Shown here: positions 19,125 to 30,965 of the stretch, piece after piece
Numbering within the stretch: the stretch's first letter is position 1
Layout: every line of letters starts with the position of its first letter
Source: Nitrospirota bacterium
GTDB lineage: Bacteria; Nitrospirota; UBA9217
Assembly (NCBI GenBank): GCA_963840455.1
Contig: CAWIYV010000014.1
Span: 256,001-320,000 of the forward strand
DNA length: 64,000 nucleotides
Direction of reading: 5' to 3'
Translations under genes and position numbers: made by a program
The notes under the pieces: generated by a model
Told to the model about the DNA's origin: nothing
Seen by the model: only the letters and a program-made list of their open reading frames with translations
The model's database searches: none

Positions 19125-19334
19125 TCGACTTCATGCCCCGGCCTTTAAAGAGCGCTCAGCACATCGTCCTTTTGGTCGTGCCGGCACAAGAAGATACGAC
19201 ATACGGCCGGACCCCTCCCACTTCGCTCCACGCTGCTTCTCTGTATCACAGAGACCATGTACGTGTTTCAGAATAGAACGCTATTCTATTTCGGCGGTAT
19301 CCGCTGAAAAGATCAACTGGTGAATGAATACCAC

Positions 19335-19379
19335 TTGACAAGAACAACCGGGCCCACTATAGTTATGTGCATATGCACA
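19335..19379 (+). promoter_or_regulatory. Sigma70 promoter with a palindromic operator at the start site
   Basis: TTGACA-17-TATAGT, then perfect palindrome TGTGCATATGCACA at 19366-19379. Confidence 0.75.
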
Positions 19380-19394
19380 ATATTGGAGGTGGGC

Positions 19395-19670
19395 ATGTCG
19401 CCACGATGCAAGAAACCGCGGAACTGCAGATGCACATTCAAAGGCAAAGCCTTTAAACCCACAGGCGTTCCGATGGCAGAGGTCGAGCACATTCCCCTCT
19501 TGCGGGAAGAGCTTGAGGCCTTGAAGCTCTGCGATCTGGATGACCTTACGCAGGCGGAGGCCGGCACAAAGATGAGGGTATCGCGAGGGACCGTTCAAAG
19601 AATACTTACTGCCGCACGGAAGAAGGTTGCGAAAGCACTGAGCAAAGGCCAGGCCATCGTATTTGAATAG
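19395..19670 (+). CDS. DUF134 HTH protein
   Basis: MSPRCKKPR, FKPTG, EELEALKLCD, QAEAG..M.VSRGT..RIL..ARKKVA. Confidence 0.9.
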   Translation: MSPRCKKPRNCRCTFKGKAFKPTGVPMAEVEHIPLLREELEALKLCDLDDLTQAEAGTKMRVSRGTVQRILTAARKKVAKALSKGQAIVFE

Positions 19671-19704
19671 ACGTCGGAGAAACCATCCTAAGGAGGAACT
19701 GCAC

Positions 19705-20085
19705 ATGAAGATCTGTTTTCCCGTCCAGAATGATAATGGAATCGAGAGCGCGGTATACAATCACTTTGGCTCAGCGCCGGTATTTGTCGTTGTCGATACG
19801 GACACGAACGGGGTTGCGTCGATCAACAATCGGGACCAGCACCATACCCATGGTGCATGCAGCCCGATGAAGGCGCTTGATAATCAAAAAGTAGATGCGA
19901 TCGTCGTTGGCGGCATCGGAGCGGGCGCGCTCACGAGGCTGAACCAGATGGGCATCACGGTGCATCGCGCAAAGGGAGAGACCATACGAGAAAATCTCTC
20001 GATGTTCCAGGCGAACAGCCTTCCGGTGTTGACGGTCCAGGGGTGCTGCGGCGGCCATAGCAAGGACGGGGGCTGCGCTCATTAG
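19705..20085 (+). CDS. NifB/NifX-family (dinitrogenase FeMo-cofactor domain) protein
   Basis: HFGSAPVF, GGIGAGA, Cys/His-rich tail. Confidence 0.9.
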   Translation: MKICFPVQNDNGIESAVYNHFGSAPVFVVVDTDTNGVASINNRDQHHTHGACSPMKALDNQKVDAIVVGGIGAGALTRLNQMGITVHRAKGETIRENLSMFQANSLPVLTVQGCCGGHSKDGGCAH

Positions 20086-20120
20086 GCGTCACCAACAACA
20101 GTAAAAGGAGAATAGACAAG

Positions 20121-20489
20121 ATGGAAAACAAGGAATTCGTCTTCGTGCTCACGCATTCGTATGATGCCATTGAACGCGCAGCAGCCGCGCTGCAGCTTGC
20201 CACCAACATGGCGGCGTTCGATGCCAAAATAGATTTTTTCCTCATGAACGAAGGCGTGCATCTGGCGAGAAAGGGATTTGCCGAGTCTGTTACGTGGCAG
20301 AAGGGATTTTCACCCGTTGCGGAGCTCATGAAAAGCCTCGTGGAAGACTTCGATTGCAGGTTCTATATCTGCGCATCCTGCGTTAAACCATACGGTCTTG
20401 AGGGAGCGGAGTGGATAAAGAACGCAGAGGTCAAACCGGGCTCCTACCTTGGGGAACTCCTCATGGCACGGCAAAATGTGACCTTTTGA
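20121..20489 (+). CDS. DsrE-family sulfur relay protein
   Basis: FLMNEGV.LA, ICASC. Confidence 0.85.
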   Translation: MENKEFVFVLTHSYDAIERAAAALQLATNMAAFDAKIDFFLMNEGVHLARKGFAESVTWQKGFSPVAELMKSLVEDFDCRFYICASCVKPYGLEGAEWIKNAEVKPGSYLGELLMARQNVTF

Positions 20490-20626
20490 TCCGCGCAAGG
20501 GCCACGAAGGCGGGTAAACTTTTACGGGTCAGTCCCAGGCGTGCGGAGACACGAACAGTGGCCCGTAGATGCTGAGAGGCCCGATCGATCATGCGCGCAT
20601 TCTTGAATCTACCAGCAACGCTATTT

Positions 20627-20742
20627 TGAATCCAGGAACGAGCGCATTCCCCGTAGCTTTCCGCGGGGCTAGCGAGCGATGAGAATAAAGGGAACAACCC
20701 TGAGGATCGAAGCTCCCTGCAGCCTGTTGCAGGGAGCTTTGA
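20627..20742 (+). repeat. Double-hairpin element, diverged full copy
   Basis: tgaatccaggaacgagcgcattccccgtag...ctccctgcagcctgttgcagggagc. Confidence 0.88.
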
Positions 20743-20835
20743 TAAATTTGAAACTAGCTCAGCACGCCCTGCCCACCGATAAACAACATATTGCTTTATC
20801 CCGCCTCATGATTTATAATCTGCCGCGATAAAACA

Positions 20836-20875
20836 GACAAGGGGACAGGGAGACACGGTGACACGGAGACACAAG
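20836..20875 (+). repeat. Five degenerate tandem octamers (GACA-initiated)
   Basis: gacaaggg gacaggga gacacggt gacacgga gacacaag. Confidence 0.8.
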
Positions 20876-20954
20876 GATTCACTTCCTGAGCCGGTTCCTG
20901 CCCGAGATTGCCGCGAAAGTCGATGGTTCGCTGAAAAATGTCAGGGGGGCTGAT

Positions 20955-22850
20955 TTGGCAGCTACGTATACCGCAAAGGACATCACGGTTCTCGAAGGGC
21001 TGGAGCCGGTCAGGAAACGGCCGGCCATGTACATCGGCTCGACGGACTCGCGAGGGCTGCATCACCTCGTGTGGGAGGTGCTGGACAACGCCGTTGACGA
21101 GGCATTGAACGGCTACTGTACCGCCATCACCTTGCGGATCGAAAAGGACGGTGGCGTGACCGTGACGGACAACGGCCGCGGCATTCCGGTGGACATCCAC
21201 CCGAAGACGAAGCGGCCGGCCATCGAGACCATCCTCTGCACGCTGCACGCGGGAGGCAAGTTCGACCACACGGCATACCGGTCGTCCGGCGGTCTCCACG
21301 GCGTGGGCGCATCGGTCGTGAACGCCCTTGCCGAGGTCTTCTTCGCACGGGTCTGGCGCGACGGCTACGAGTGGACCCAGGAATTCTCGCGCGGCAAGCC
21401 CAAGGGCAACCTGAAAAAGGGCAAGCCGACCAAGGCCCATGGCACGGAGATCTACTTCAAGCCGGACACCGATATCTTCTCCAAGACCACCTTCAACGCC
21501 AAGACCATCCTCGATGTCACCGAGAGCAAGGCCTTCCTGAACAAGGGCCTCAAGATCACGATCGAGAACGTGCGCGATGGCGAGAAGCCGGTCACCTTCA
21601 AGTACGACAACGGGATCCAGGACTATATCAAGCGGATCGTTGCGGGCACGACGGTGGTGAACGCCGAGCCCTTCTACCTTGAGAAGGAGGATGACTTCAA
21701 GATCGAGTGCGCGGTCCACTGGACGCTTGCCACGGACATGGAGATCCACTCCTACGCCAACTCCATCAACACCACCGACGGCGGCACCCACGAGCTGGCG
21801 GTGCGGTCCGGCCTCACCAAAGCTGTGCGCGCCTACGCGGAGCGCAAGAACCTCATTCCCAAGAACATCAAGGTCCTGGCGCCCGAGGACGTGTACGAGG
21901 GCCTCTACGGCATCGTGAGCGTGCTGGTCAAGAACCCCCAGTTCCAGGGCCAGACCAAGGAGAAGCTGAACAATCCCGAGATCTCCACGCCCATCGAGAA
22001 CTCGGTCAAGAATGCTTGCGAGGCATACCTCCTCGCGAACCCGACCATGGCCGACGCAGTGGTGAAGCGCGTGCTGCTCGCGGCCGAAGCGCGCATGGCG
22101 TCGCGGGCGGCCAAGGACAGCGTCACCCGCAAGCTCTCGACGCTCAAGCTGAACCTGCCGGGAAAGCTGGCGGACTGCTCGTCGAGCAAGGTGGAGGATT
22201 CGGAGCTCTTCATCGTGGAAGGCGAATCGGCAGGCGGCTCCGCCAAGATGGCGCGGGACCGGAAGACCCAGGCCGTGCTGTCGCTCCGCGGCAAGATCCT
22301 GAACGTGGAGCAGGTGGCGTCGCTGGAACGCATCCAGTCGAACAACGAGATCAAGAACCTCCTGGCCACGCTCGGTTGCGGCTTGGGCAGCCACTTCGAT
22401 CTTGCCAAGCTCCGGTACAACCGCGTGATCCTGATGACCGACGCGGACGTTGACGGTGCGCACATCAGCGTGCTGCTCCTGACCTTCATCTACCGGTACA
22501 TGCCTGAGCTGATCAACAAGGGCCACGTGTTCCTCGCCATGCCGCCGCTCTACCGCATCGAGGCCGGCAAGGAAGTGTTCTACGCCATGGACGAGATGGA
22601 GAAGGACAAGATCCTGGCGAAAATGAACAACAGAAAGTACGAGGTGGGCCGCTTTAAGGGATTAGGCGAGATGAACCCGGAGACGCTCAAGGAGACCACC
22701 ATGAACCCCAGGACCCGGTCGCTCATGAAGGTCCAGGTCCTGGACCACAAGGCCACGGGCGACACCTTCGAGCGGCTCATGGGCAAAGACCCCAAAGCGC
22801 GGTTCGCGTTCATCCAGGAGCGGGCGGAGTACGCCGAACTGGATATATAG
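20955..22850 (+). CDS. parE: Type IIA topoisomerase B subunit (probably topo IV ParE; GyrB not excluded)
   Basis: LEGLEPVRKRPAMYIG, EGESAGG, LRGKILN, DADVDG, RFKGLGEMN; TTG start. Confidence 0.8.
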   Translation: MAATYTAKDITVLEGLEPVRKRPAMYIGSTDSRGLHHLVWEVLDNAVDEALNGYCTAITLRIEKDGGVTVTDNGRGIPVDIHPKTKRPAIETILCTLHAGGKFDHTAYRSSGGLHGVGASVVNALAEVFFARVWRDGYEWTQEFSRGKPKGNLKKGKPTKAHGTEIYFKPDTDIFSKTTFNAKTILDVTESKAFLNKGLKITIENVRDGEKPVTFKYDNGIQDYIKRIVAGTTVVNAEPFYLEKEDDFKIECAVHWTLATDMEIHSYANSINTTDGGTHELAVRSGLTKAVRAYAERKNLIPKNIKVLAPEDVYEGLYGIVSVLVKNPQFQGQTKEKLNNPEISTPIENSVKNACEAYLLANPTMADAVVKRVLLAAEARMASRAAKDSVTRKLSTLKLNLPGKLADCSSSKVEDSELFIVEGESAGGSAKMARDRKTQAVLSLRGKILNVEQVASLERIQSNNEIKNLLATLGCGLGSHFDLAKLRYNRVILMTDADVDGAHISVLLLTFIYRYMPELINKGHVFLAMPPLYRIEAGKEVFYAMDEMEKDKILAKMNNRKYEVGRFKGLGEMNPETLKETTMNPRTRSLMKVQVLDHKATGDTFERLMGKDPKARFAFIQERAEYAELDI

Positions 22851-22893
22851 ACTCAGCATCCGCGGTCAGGGTACTGGGCGGATCTCTTGCTAG

Positions 22894-22923
22894 GGCAGGC
22901 CATTGGGCCTGCCTTTTCTTTTT
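22894..22923 (+). terminator. Intrinsic terminator
   Basis: GGCAGGCC-attg-GGCCTGCC followed by a T run. Confidence 0.8.
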
Positions 22924-22990
22924 CAGAAGAAGAGGGGGGCGCCGCCTGCCTTGAGCTCGCCTGGTCGGGTCTTCGCAGTATTATTTCCGA

Positions 22991-23020
22991 TTGACACTAC
23001 TTTCTCCTATCTGGTATAGT
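22991..23020 (+). promoter_or_regulatory. trp operon promoter
   Basis: TTGACA-18-TATAGT with an extended TG. Confidence 0.7.
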
Positions 23021-23048
23021 AAAAACTCTTTTATTTGCAAGGGTTTTT

Positions 23049-24533
<1,485 letters not shown>

Positions 24534-24556
24534 CAGCAAAAAGACGATAAAGAAAG

Positions 24557-24663
24557 TTTTACCGCAGAGCATGCAGAGGTCGCTGAGAAAAGATCAGCCT
24601 GATATTTCTGATTCAGGAGTAAAGACCCAAAACTTTGCGTTCTCCGCGATCTCTGCGGTGAAA
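24557..24663. repeat. Intergenic hairpin with inverted ~9-mer repeat arms
   Basis: ttttaccgcagagcatgcagaggtcgctgag ... ctttgcgttctccgcgatctctgcggtgaaa. Confidence 0.8.
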
Positions 24664-24684
24664 ATGTGCCGGGAAGGTTGAATT

Positions 24685-25248
24685 ATGCTGTTAATGCTCG
24701 ATAACTACGATTCCTTCACCTACAACCTGGTCCAGTACCTGGGCGAACTGGGGCAGGACCTGAAGGTGTACCGGAACGACAAGATCACCATCGCAGAGAT
24801 CGAGGCGCTCAAACCGGAGCGCATCGTGATCTCGCCGGGGCCCTGCACGCCGAAAGAGGCGGGCATCTCCATTGACGTGATCAAGCACTTCTCGGGCAAG
24901 GTCCCTATCCTCGGCGTCTGCCTGGGCCATCAATCCATGGGCGAGGCCTTCGGCGGCGACGTCATCCGCGCGCCCTACCTGATGCACGGCAAGACCTCAC
25001 TGATCCATCACGACGGCAGGACCATCTTTGCGGGCCTCCCGAACCCTTTTGAGGCCACGCGGTACCATTCGCTCATCATCAGGAAAGAGACGCTGCCCCC
25101 GGTGCTCGAGATCTCGGCCTGGACCGATGACGGCATCATCATGGGGGTTCGGCATAAAAAGTTCAAGGTGGAGGGTGTTCAGTTCCATCCCGAGTCGATC
25201 CTGACGGGCGCGGGCAAAGATCTCTTGAGGAACTTCTTAAATCTCTGA
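24685..25248 (+). CDS. trpG: Anthranilate synthase component II (glutamine amidotransferase)
   Basis: [27 protein letters not shown]. Confidence 0.95.
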   Translation: MLLMLDNYDSFTYNLVQYLGELGQDLKVYRNDKITIAEIEALKPERIVISPGPCTPKEAGISIDVIKHFSGKVPILGVCLGHQSMGEAFGGDVIRAPYLMHGKTSLIHHDGRTIFAGLPNPFEATRYHSLIIRKETLPPVLEISAWTDDGIIMGVRHKKFKVEGVQFHPESILTGAGKDLLRNFLNL

Positions 25249-25280
25249 CAGGTTGACGCGGGGAAGCGGATAAAGCGACG

Positions 25281-26294
25281 ATGATCAAGGAAGCCATAGC
25301 AAAGGTCGTGGCCGGCACGAGCCTCACCGAAGCAGAGGCCGAGGGCGTGATGCGCGAGATCATGCAGGGCGAAGCAACGGACGCCCAGATCGCCGCGTAC
25401 ATCACTGCACTCCGCATGAAAGGCGAGACCGTAGAGGAGATCACCGGCTCGGCGCGGGTGATGCGCGAGAAGGCGGTTCATGTCAAGCTCGACGCGCCCT
25501 TCCAGGTGGACACCTGCGGCACCGGCGGCGACATGTCGCATACGTTCAATATCTCGACCACGGTCGCCTTCGTGGTCGCCGGGGCAGGCGTGGCCGTGGC
25601 CAAGCATGGCAACCGGTCCGTGTCGAGCAAGAGCGGGAGCGCCGACGTGCTTCAGGCCCTGGGCATCAACATCGAGATGCCTGCCCAGCGCATCGAAGAA
25701 TGCCTGAACGAGGTCGGCATTGCCTTCCTCTTCGCACCCATGATGCACCAGGCGATGAAGTACGCCATCGGGCCGCGCCGCGAGATCGGCATCAGGACCA
25801 TCTTCAACCTCCTGGGGCCGCTCACGAACCCGGCCGGGGTGAAGGCCCAGATCATGGGCGTTTACTCCGCCAACCTCACCGGGCTGCTTGCAAAGGCATT
25901 GGGCAACCTGGGCCTCACGCGCGCCTATGTGGTGCACGGCATGGACGGTCTGGACGAGATCACCGTCGCCGACCGGACCAAGGTCTCCGAGTACAAGGAC
26001 GGGACCGTGACCGACTATTTCATCCATCCATCGGACTTCGATCTGTCCATGGGCAAGCAGGATGACCTGAAGGGCGGCGACGCCAGGGAGAACGCCGCCA
26101 TCACGCTCCAGGTCCTGAAAGGACAGCTGGGTCCCCGCCGTGATATTGTGCTCTTGAACGCTGCCGCCGGGCTCACCGCAGCAGGCAAAGCGAAGGATTT
26201 CCGCGACGGCATCCTTCTCGCCGGCGAGGCCATCGATTCAGGCGCGGCGCTGCAGAAGCTGGAGCAGCTCAGGAAGTTCACGAACAAACCATAG
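25281..26294 (+). CDS. trpD: Anthranilate phosphoribosyltransferase
   Basis: DTCGTGGD, KHGNRSVSSKSGSAD. Confidence 0.97.
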   Translation: MIKEAIAKVVAGTSLTEAEAEGVMREIMQGEATDAQIAAYITALRMKGETVEEITGSARVMREKAVHVKLDAPFQVDTCGTGGDMSHTFNISTTVAFVVAGAGVAVAKHGNRSVSSKSGSADVLQALGINIEMPAQRIEECLNEVGIAFLFAPMMHQAMKYAIGPRREIGIRTIFNLLGPLTNPAGVKAQIMGVYSANLTGLLAKALGNLGLTRAYVVHGMDGLDEITVADRTKVSEYKDGTVTDYFIHPSDFDLSMGKQDDLKGGDARENAAITLQVLKGQLGPRRDIVLLNAAAGLTAAGKAKDFRDGILLAGEAIDSGAALQKLEQLRKFTNKP

Positions 26295-26333
26295 GGGCAA
26301 GGGTCCAGGTGCCAGTTCCGGAAATCAGACAGA

Positions 26334-27113
26334 ATGATTTTAGATGAGATCGTTGCATATAAAAAAGAAGAGCTGGCTGAGACGAAGCGCGGCGCTTCGC
26401 TGGCTGATCAGAAAAAGCGGGCCGCTGACGCCGGCCCCCTGCGGGGGTTCGGGGCAGCGCTGACGACGACAGGCGGCATCAAGCTCATAGCCGAGGTGAA
26501 GAAGGCGTCGCCCTCAAAGGGCGTGATCCGAGAGGACTTCGATCCGGTCAGGATCGCCGCGACGTACCAGGAGGCCGGGGCAACATGCCTGTCGGTCCTG
26601 ACGGAGAAGAAGTATTTCCAGGGCAGCCTTGAATCCCTGGGGGCCATCAGGAGGGCCGTCGGGCTCCCGCTCTTGCGGAAGGACTTCATCGTCGACGAAT
26701 ACCAGATCTTCGAGGCCCGGGCGGCAGGGGCGGACGCCATCCTGCTTATCGCTGCCTGTCTGGACAGGCGCCAGTTGGAGGATTACCTGGGGATCGCGGG
26801 AAACCTCGGGCTCGATGTCCTGGTGGAATCGCATACGGTGAAAGAACTGGACAAGACGCTCCATGCGGGCGCCCGGATCGTAGGGATCAACAACCGGGAC
26901 CTCATGCGCTTTACGGTCAGCCTGCAGACGACGTTCGATCTCTTACGGGATATCCCGGACGATCGCGTCGTGGTGAGCGAAAGCGGCATACAGAGCAGGG
27001 ACGATGTGGTGAGGCTCGAGAAGGCCGGCGTGGACGCGGTCCTCGTGGGCGAGAGCCTGATGCGGGAGAAGGATATGGGGAAAAAGGTCAAGGAACTGTT
27101 AGGCAAGGATTAA
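26334..27113 (+). CDS. trpC: Indole-3-glycerol phosphate synthase
   Basis: IAEVKKASPSKG, LRKDF, GINNRDL, SESGI. Confidence 0.97.
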   Translation: MILDEIVAYKKEELAETKRGASLADQKKRAADAGPLRGFGAALTTTGGIKLIAEVKKASPSKGVIREDFDPVRIAATYQEAGATCLSVLTEKKYFQGSLESLGAIRRAVGLPLLRKDFIVDEYQIFEARAAGADAILLIAACLDRRQLEDYLGIAGNLGLDVLVESHTVKELDKTLHAGARIVGINNRDLMRFTVSLQTTFDLLRDIPDDRVVVSESGIQSRDDVVRLEKAGVDAVLVGESLMREKDMGKKVKELLGKD

Positions 27114-27118
27114 AATCT

Positions 27119-27235
27119 GCCACGGAGGCACGGAGGCCACAGAGGAAAGATAGAAAAAGAGGCAGAGCAAGCGGGAAGATTACGATTTCGTAGTATTTGC
27201 CCCGATCTTCTCCGTGTTCTCTGCATCTCTGTGGC
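27119..27235. repeat. Intergenic hairpin with inverted 8-9-mer repeat arms
   Basis: gccacggaggcacggaggccacagag ... ctccgtgttctctgcatctctgtggc. Confidence 0.8.
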
Positions 27236-27246
27236 GAAATAAAACT

Positions 27247-27867
27247 ATGGTAAAGATCAAGATCTGCGGCATCACCAACATCGACGATGCAATGGCTTCC
27301 GTGGAGCTCGGAGCCGATGCGCTGGGGTTCAACTTCTACAAGAAGAGCCCCCGTTTCATCGAGCCTGAGAAAGCGGCGGAGATCATCGCCCAGCTCCCGC
27401 CTTTCATCGTGCCGATCGCCATTTTTGTGAACGAGCGGGAGGAAAAGATCCTGGAGATGCTGAAAGCGTCCTGCATCCACGGCGTCCAGTTCCACGGTGA
27501 CGAGACGCCGGAGTTCTGCCAGCGGTTCGGCAATCATGTCATCAAGGCGTTCCAGGTGAAGGACAAGGAGAGCCTGAAGCACATGTCCCACTACCGGGTG
27601 AGCGCTTACCTCCTGGACAGCTACCGGGAGGGGCTCCGGGGCGGCACGGGCGAGACCTTCGACTGGCACCTCGCCGTTGTGGCCAAGACCTTCGGCAGGA
27701 TCATTCTGGCCGGCGGCCTGAACCCGGACAACGTCGCCGAGGCCGTGAAGCTCGTCCAGCCCTACGGCGTGGATGTGGCGGGCGGCGTTGAACGGGACAA
27801 AGGGATCAAGGACCATGCGAAGCTCAGGAAGTTCATCACCGAGGTCCGGAAGGCGTCGCGTCCATGA
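27247..27867 (+). CDS. trpF: Phosphoribosylanthranilate isomerase
   Basis: [30 protein letters not shown]. Confidence 0.96.
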   Translation: MVKIKICGITNIDDAMASVELGADALGFNFYKKSPRFIEPEKAAEIIAQLPPFIVPIAIFVNEREEKILEMLKASCIHGVQFHGDETPEFCQRFGNHVIKAFQVKDKESLKHMSHYRVSAYLLDSYREGLRGGTGETFDWHLAVVAKTFGRIILAGGLNPDNVAEAVKLVQPYGVDVAGGVERDKGIKDHAKLRKFITEVRKASRP

Positions 27868-29054
27868 ACATGCCCGATAAGAAAGGCCACTTCGGCGTCT
27901 ACGGCGGGAAATTCGCGCCTGAGACGCTGATGCCCGCGCTCGCGGAGCTTGAGAACGCGTATCTTGCGGCAAGGAAGGACAAGGAATTCCAGGCCGAGCT
28001 CGACTACTATTTCAAGGAATTCATCGGCAGGCCCACGCCGCTCTACTACGCGGCGCGGCTGACCAGGCATCTGGGGGGCGCGAAGATCTATCTGAAGCGC
28101 GAGGACCTCTGCCACACGGGCGCGCACAAGATCAACAACTCCCTGGCGCAGGTGCTGCTTGCCAAGCGCATGGGAAAGAAGCGTGTCATCGCCGAGACCG
28201 GCGCGGGTCAGCACGGCGTGGCGACCGCCACGGCCGCGGCCATGTTCGGCCTCGACTGCGAGGTCTATATGGGGACCAACGATGTGGCGCGCCAGTCCCT
28301 GAACGTGTTCCGCATGAAGCTCCTCGGGACGACGGTGCGGCCCGTGGACAGCGGCAGCAGGACGCTGAAGGACGCGATCAACGAGGCCATGCGCGACTGG
28401 ATCACGAACGTGGGGAGCACGCACTATGTGCTCGGCACGGTATACGGGCCTCATCCGTTCCCCGTGATGGTGAGGGATTTCCAGTCCGTCATCGGCCGTG
28501 AGGCGAAGAAGCAGATCATGAAGATGGAAGGCAGGGTCCCGGATGCGCTCGTGGCCTGTGTGGGCGGCGGCTCGAACGCCATGGGCCTGTTCTATGAGTT
28601 CCTCGACGACAGGGCCGTAAAGATGTATGGCGTCGAGGCGGGAGGCCTCGGCATCGAACGGGGCAAGCACGCGGCACGGTTCGCCGGAGGCTCCCTCGGC
28701 GTGCTGCAGGGCTGCAAGACCTTCGTGCTCCAGGACGACGACGGCCAGATCGAGATGACCCATTCCGTGTCCGCTGGACTCGACTACGCGGCTGTGGGGC
28801 CGGAGCACGCAATGTACCACGACACCGGCCGCATCGAATACACGTACGCCATAGACGAAGAGGCCATGGAGGCCTTTGACCTCCTGTCGCGTCTTGAGGG
28901 CATCATTCCGGCGCTCGAGAGCGCCCATGCGGTTGCCTACTGCCTCAAGCTCGCGCCCACGCTCGGGAAGGACAATGTGATCATCTGCAACCTCTCGGGC
29001 CGCGGCGACAAGGACGTGATGCAGGTGGCGAAGATCAAGGGCGTGGAGCTGTAA
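27864..29054 (+). CDS. trpB: Tryptophan synthase beta chain
   Basis: [29 protein letters not shown]. Confidence 0.98.
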   Translation: MNMPDKKGHFGVYGGKFAPETLMPALAELENAYLAARKDKEFQAELDYYFKEFIGRPTPLYYAARLTRHLGGAKIYLKREDLCHTGAHKINNSLAQVLLAKRMGKKRVIAETGAGQHGVATATAAAMFGLDCEVYMGTNDVARQSLNVFRMKLLGTTVRPVDSGSRTLKDAINEAMRDWITNVGSTHYVLGTVYGPHPFPVMVRDFQSVIGREAKKQIMKMEGRVPDALVACVGGGSNAMGLFYEFLDDRAVKMYGVEAGGLGIERGKHAARFAGGSLGVLQGCKTFVLQDDDGQIEMTHSVSAGLDYAAVGPEHAMYHDTGRIEYTYAIDEEAMEAFDLLSRLEGIIPALESAHAVAYCLKLAPTLGKDNVIICNLSGRGDKDVMQVAKIKGVEL

Positions 29055-29060
29055 GAAGCG

Positions 29061-29095
29061 AATTAAAATTCAATATTCAATATTCAAGATTCAAG
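29061..29095 (+). repeat. Tandem heptamers (ATTCAAK)
   Basis: aattaaa attcaat attcaat attcaag attcaag. Confidence 0.75.
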
Positions 29096-29112
29096 GAGAG
29101 GATCACGTCCGT

Positions 29113-29925
29113 ATGTCACGTATCAAGAACACCTTTAACCGGCTGAAGAAGAGGAGCGAGAAAGCGCTGATCCCGTACCTCATGGCGGGGGACCCGGACC
29201 TCGCGACGACGAAGCAGCTCATCCTGGCGATGGAAAAGGCGGGCTGTGATATCGTCGAGCTGGGCGCGCCGTTCTCCGATCCGCTGGCCGACGGCCCAAC
29301 GATCCAGAAGGCCGCTCTCCGGTCGTTGCAGCACCACACCAGCATCAAGGACGTGCTCGGTCTGGTCGCCGATGTCAGGAAAGAGAGCAAAATACCGCTC
29401 ATCATCATGACCTATTACAACCTCGTCTTCCGCTACGGAGAAGATCGGTTCGTGAAGGACGCGGTGGCCGCCGGCCTGGACGGCATCATCCTTCCTGACC
29501 TGCCTCCCGAGGAGGCGGGCACGCTCATCCCGCTGGCGAAGGATGCGGGTCTGGATACGATCTTCCTTTTGGCACCCACGAGCACCGACGACCGCATCAA
29601 GCTCGTCAGCAGGCTTTCTCACGGATTCATCTACTATGTTTCTCTCACCGGTGTGACCGGTTCGCACCTCGGGCTGCAGCAAGCGGCCATCAAATCCTCC
29701 CTTGCCCGGATCAAGGCGCAGACGGACAAGCCCGTCGCCGTAGGGTTCGGCATTGCGACGCCGGACCAGGCTGCCGAGGTGGCGATGGCGGGCGCCGATG
29801 GCGTGATCGTGGGGAGCGCCCTGGTGAAAGTGATCGAGGAGAACGGCAACTCGCCCGACCTCGCGGCCAGGGCGGCGGCGTTCGTGAAGGCCCTGAAACA
29901 GGGCGTGCTTACCGCTGCGCAGTAA
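29113..29925 (+). CDS. trpA: Tryptophan synthase alpha chain
   Basis: PFSDPLADGPTIQ, GVTG, VGFGI, VGSA. Confidence 0.98.
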   Translation: MSRIKNTFNRLKKRSEKALIPYLMAGDPDLATTKQLILAMEKAGCDIVELGAPFSDPLADGPTIQKAALRSLQHHTSIKDVLGLVADVRKESKIPLIIMTYYNLVFRYGEDRFVKDAVAAGLDGIILPDLPPEEAGTLIPLAKDAGLDTIFLLAPTSTDDRIKLVSRLSHGFIYYVSLTGVTGSHLGLQQAAIKSSLARIKAQTDKPVAVGFGIATPDQAAEVAMAGADGVIVGSALVKVIEENGNSPDLAARAAAFVKALKQGVLTAAQ

Positions 29926-30004
29926 GTCCTGCCGGAGTGAGGTTGTTTCTCGTGAAAAAAGCCGTGAAGAGAACGCCTTGCCTGCGAGTTCGGGGCCGTC
30001 GCGC

Positions 30005-30165
30005 TGAATCCAGGAGCGAGCGCGTTCCCCGTTGCTTGCTGCGGGATTAGCGAGCGATTAGAATGAACAATCACCCTGGGGATCGAAGATTCCCTGCAGC
30101 TTGCTGCAGGGATCTTCGATCCAGGATCGGGCGCATTCCGCGAAGCTTGCCGCAGGGAGCTTCAA
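30005..30165 (+). repeat. Double-hairpin element, full copy plus a tandem fused mini-copy
   Basis: Full unit to ~30119, then ccaggatcgggcgcattccgcgaagcttgccgcagggagcttcaa. Confidence 0.9.
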
Positions 30166-30267
30166 CAGGGAAAAAACCCGAACCGGGAGGCGTAAGCTGC
30201 CCATTGCGGGAGCAGGCTCCGGACAGGAAACAGGATCAGAAATCCGACGAATGACGAGGGGGTAGGT

Positions 30268-30912
30268 ATGGCTGAAGGGCAGTCACCAATGTTTGCGAAG
30301 TTCGGGAAACGGTTTGCCGCGGGCACGGTCCTCTTCCGCGAAGGCGACAAGGGCGAGGAGATGTTCATCCTCCAGTCCGGCAAGGTCAAGATCAGCAAGA
30401 AGATCCGGGGGGTGGAAAAGACCCTGGCCACGCTCGAGAAGGGCGAGTTCTTCGGGGAGATGGCGATCCTGAACGACAAGCCCCGTTCCGCAACGGCCGA
30501 GACGGTCGAGGACTGCGACATGCTGGTCATCGACCGGAAGACCTTCGAGACGCTTATCCGCAGCAACGTGGAGATCGCCATCCGCTTCATCAAGCGGCTG
30601 GCGGACCGGCTCCGGGAGACGAACGACCAGATGGAAGCGCTGATGATCCGGGACAACACCAGCCGCCTGGTCAACATCCTGGCCAAGCAGGTGAAGGACG
30701 CAAAGGGCGGTTCGTTCTCGCTCTCCATCGACGAGCTCGCGGGGCTGGCAGGCATCGAGAGCGGGCAGGCCAAGCTGATCCTGGAAAAGCTGGCAAGCGC
30801 GCGGATCCTGACGCTCTCCGCCGGCGATCATGTGACGATCGCGAACCAGGAACAGGTCGACCGGCTGCTCCGGTATCTCGAGATGCGGGAGATCTTCGGG
30901 GAGATGGTGTAA
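30268..30912 (+). CDS. Crp/Fnr-family cyclic-nucleotide-binding protein
   Basis: FFGEMAIL...PRSATA phosphate-binding cassette; C-terminal HTH-like region. Confidence 0.9.
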   Translation: MAEGQSPMFAKFGKRFAAGTVLFREGDKGEEMFILQSGKVKISKKIRGVEKTLATLEKGEFFGEMAILNDKPRSATAETVEDCDMLVIDRKTFETLIRSNVEIAIRFIKRLADRLRETNDQMEALMIRDNTSRLVNILAKQVKDAKGGSFSLSIDELAGLAGIESGQAKLILEKLASARILTLSAGDHVTIANQEQVDRLLRYLEMREIFGEMV

Positions 30913-30965
30913 GAACAGAAATAAGGAGCCAGGAGTCGGCTACGGCCAGGTAAAGGGAGATCATC

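Noticed and set aside
22925-23048. trp attenuator or T-box leader
   Set aside because: The promoter lies about 30 bp from the trpE start, leaving no room, and there is no Trp-rich leader peptide.
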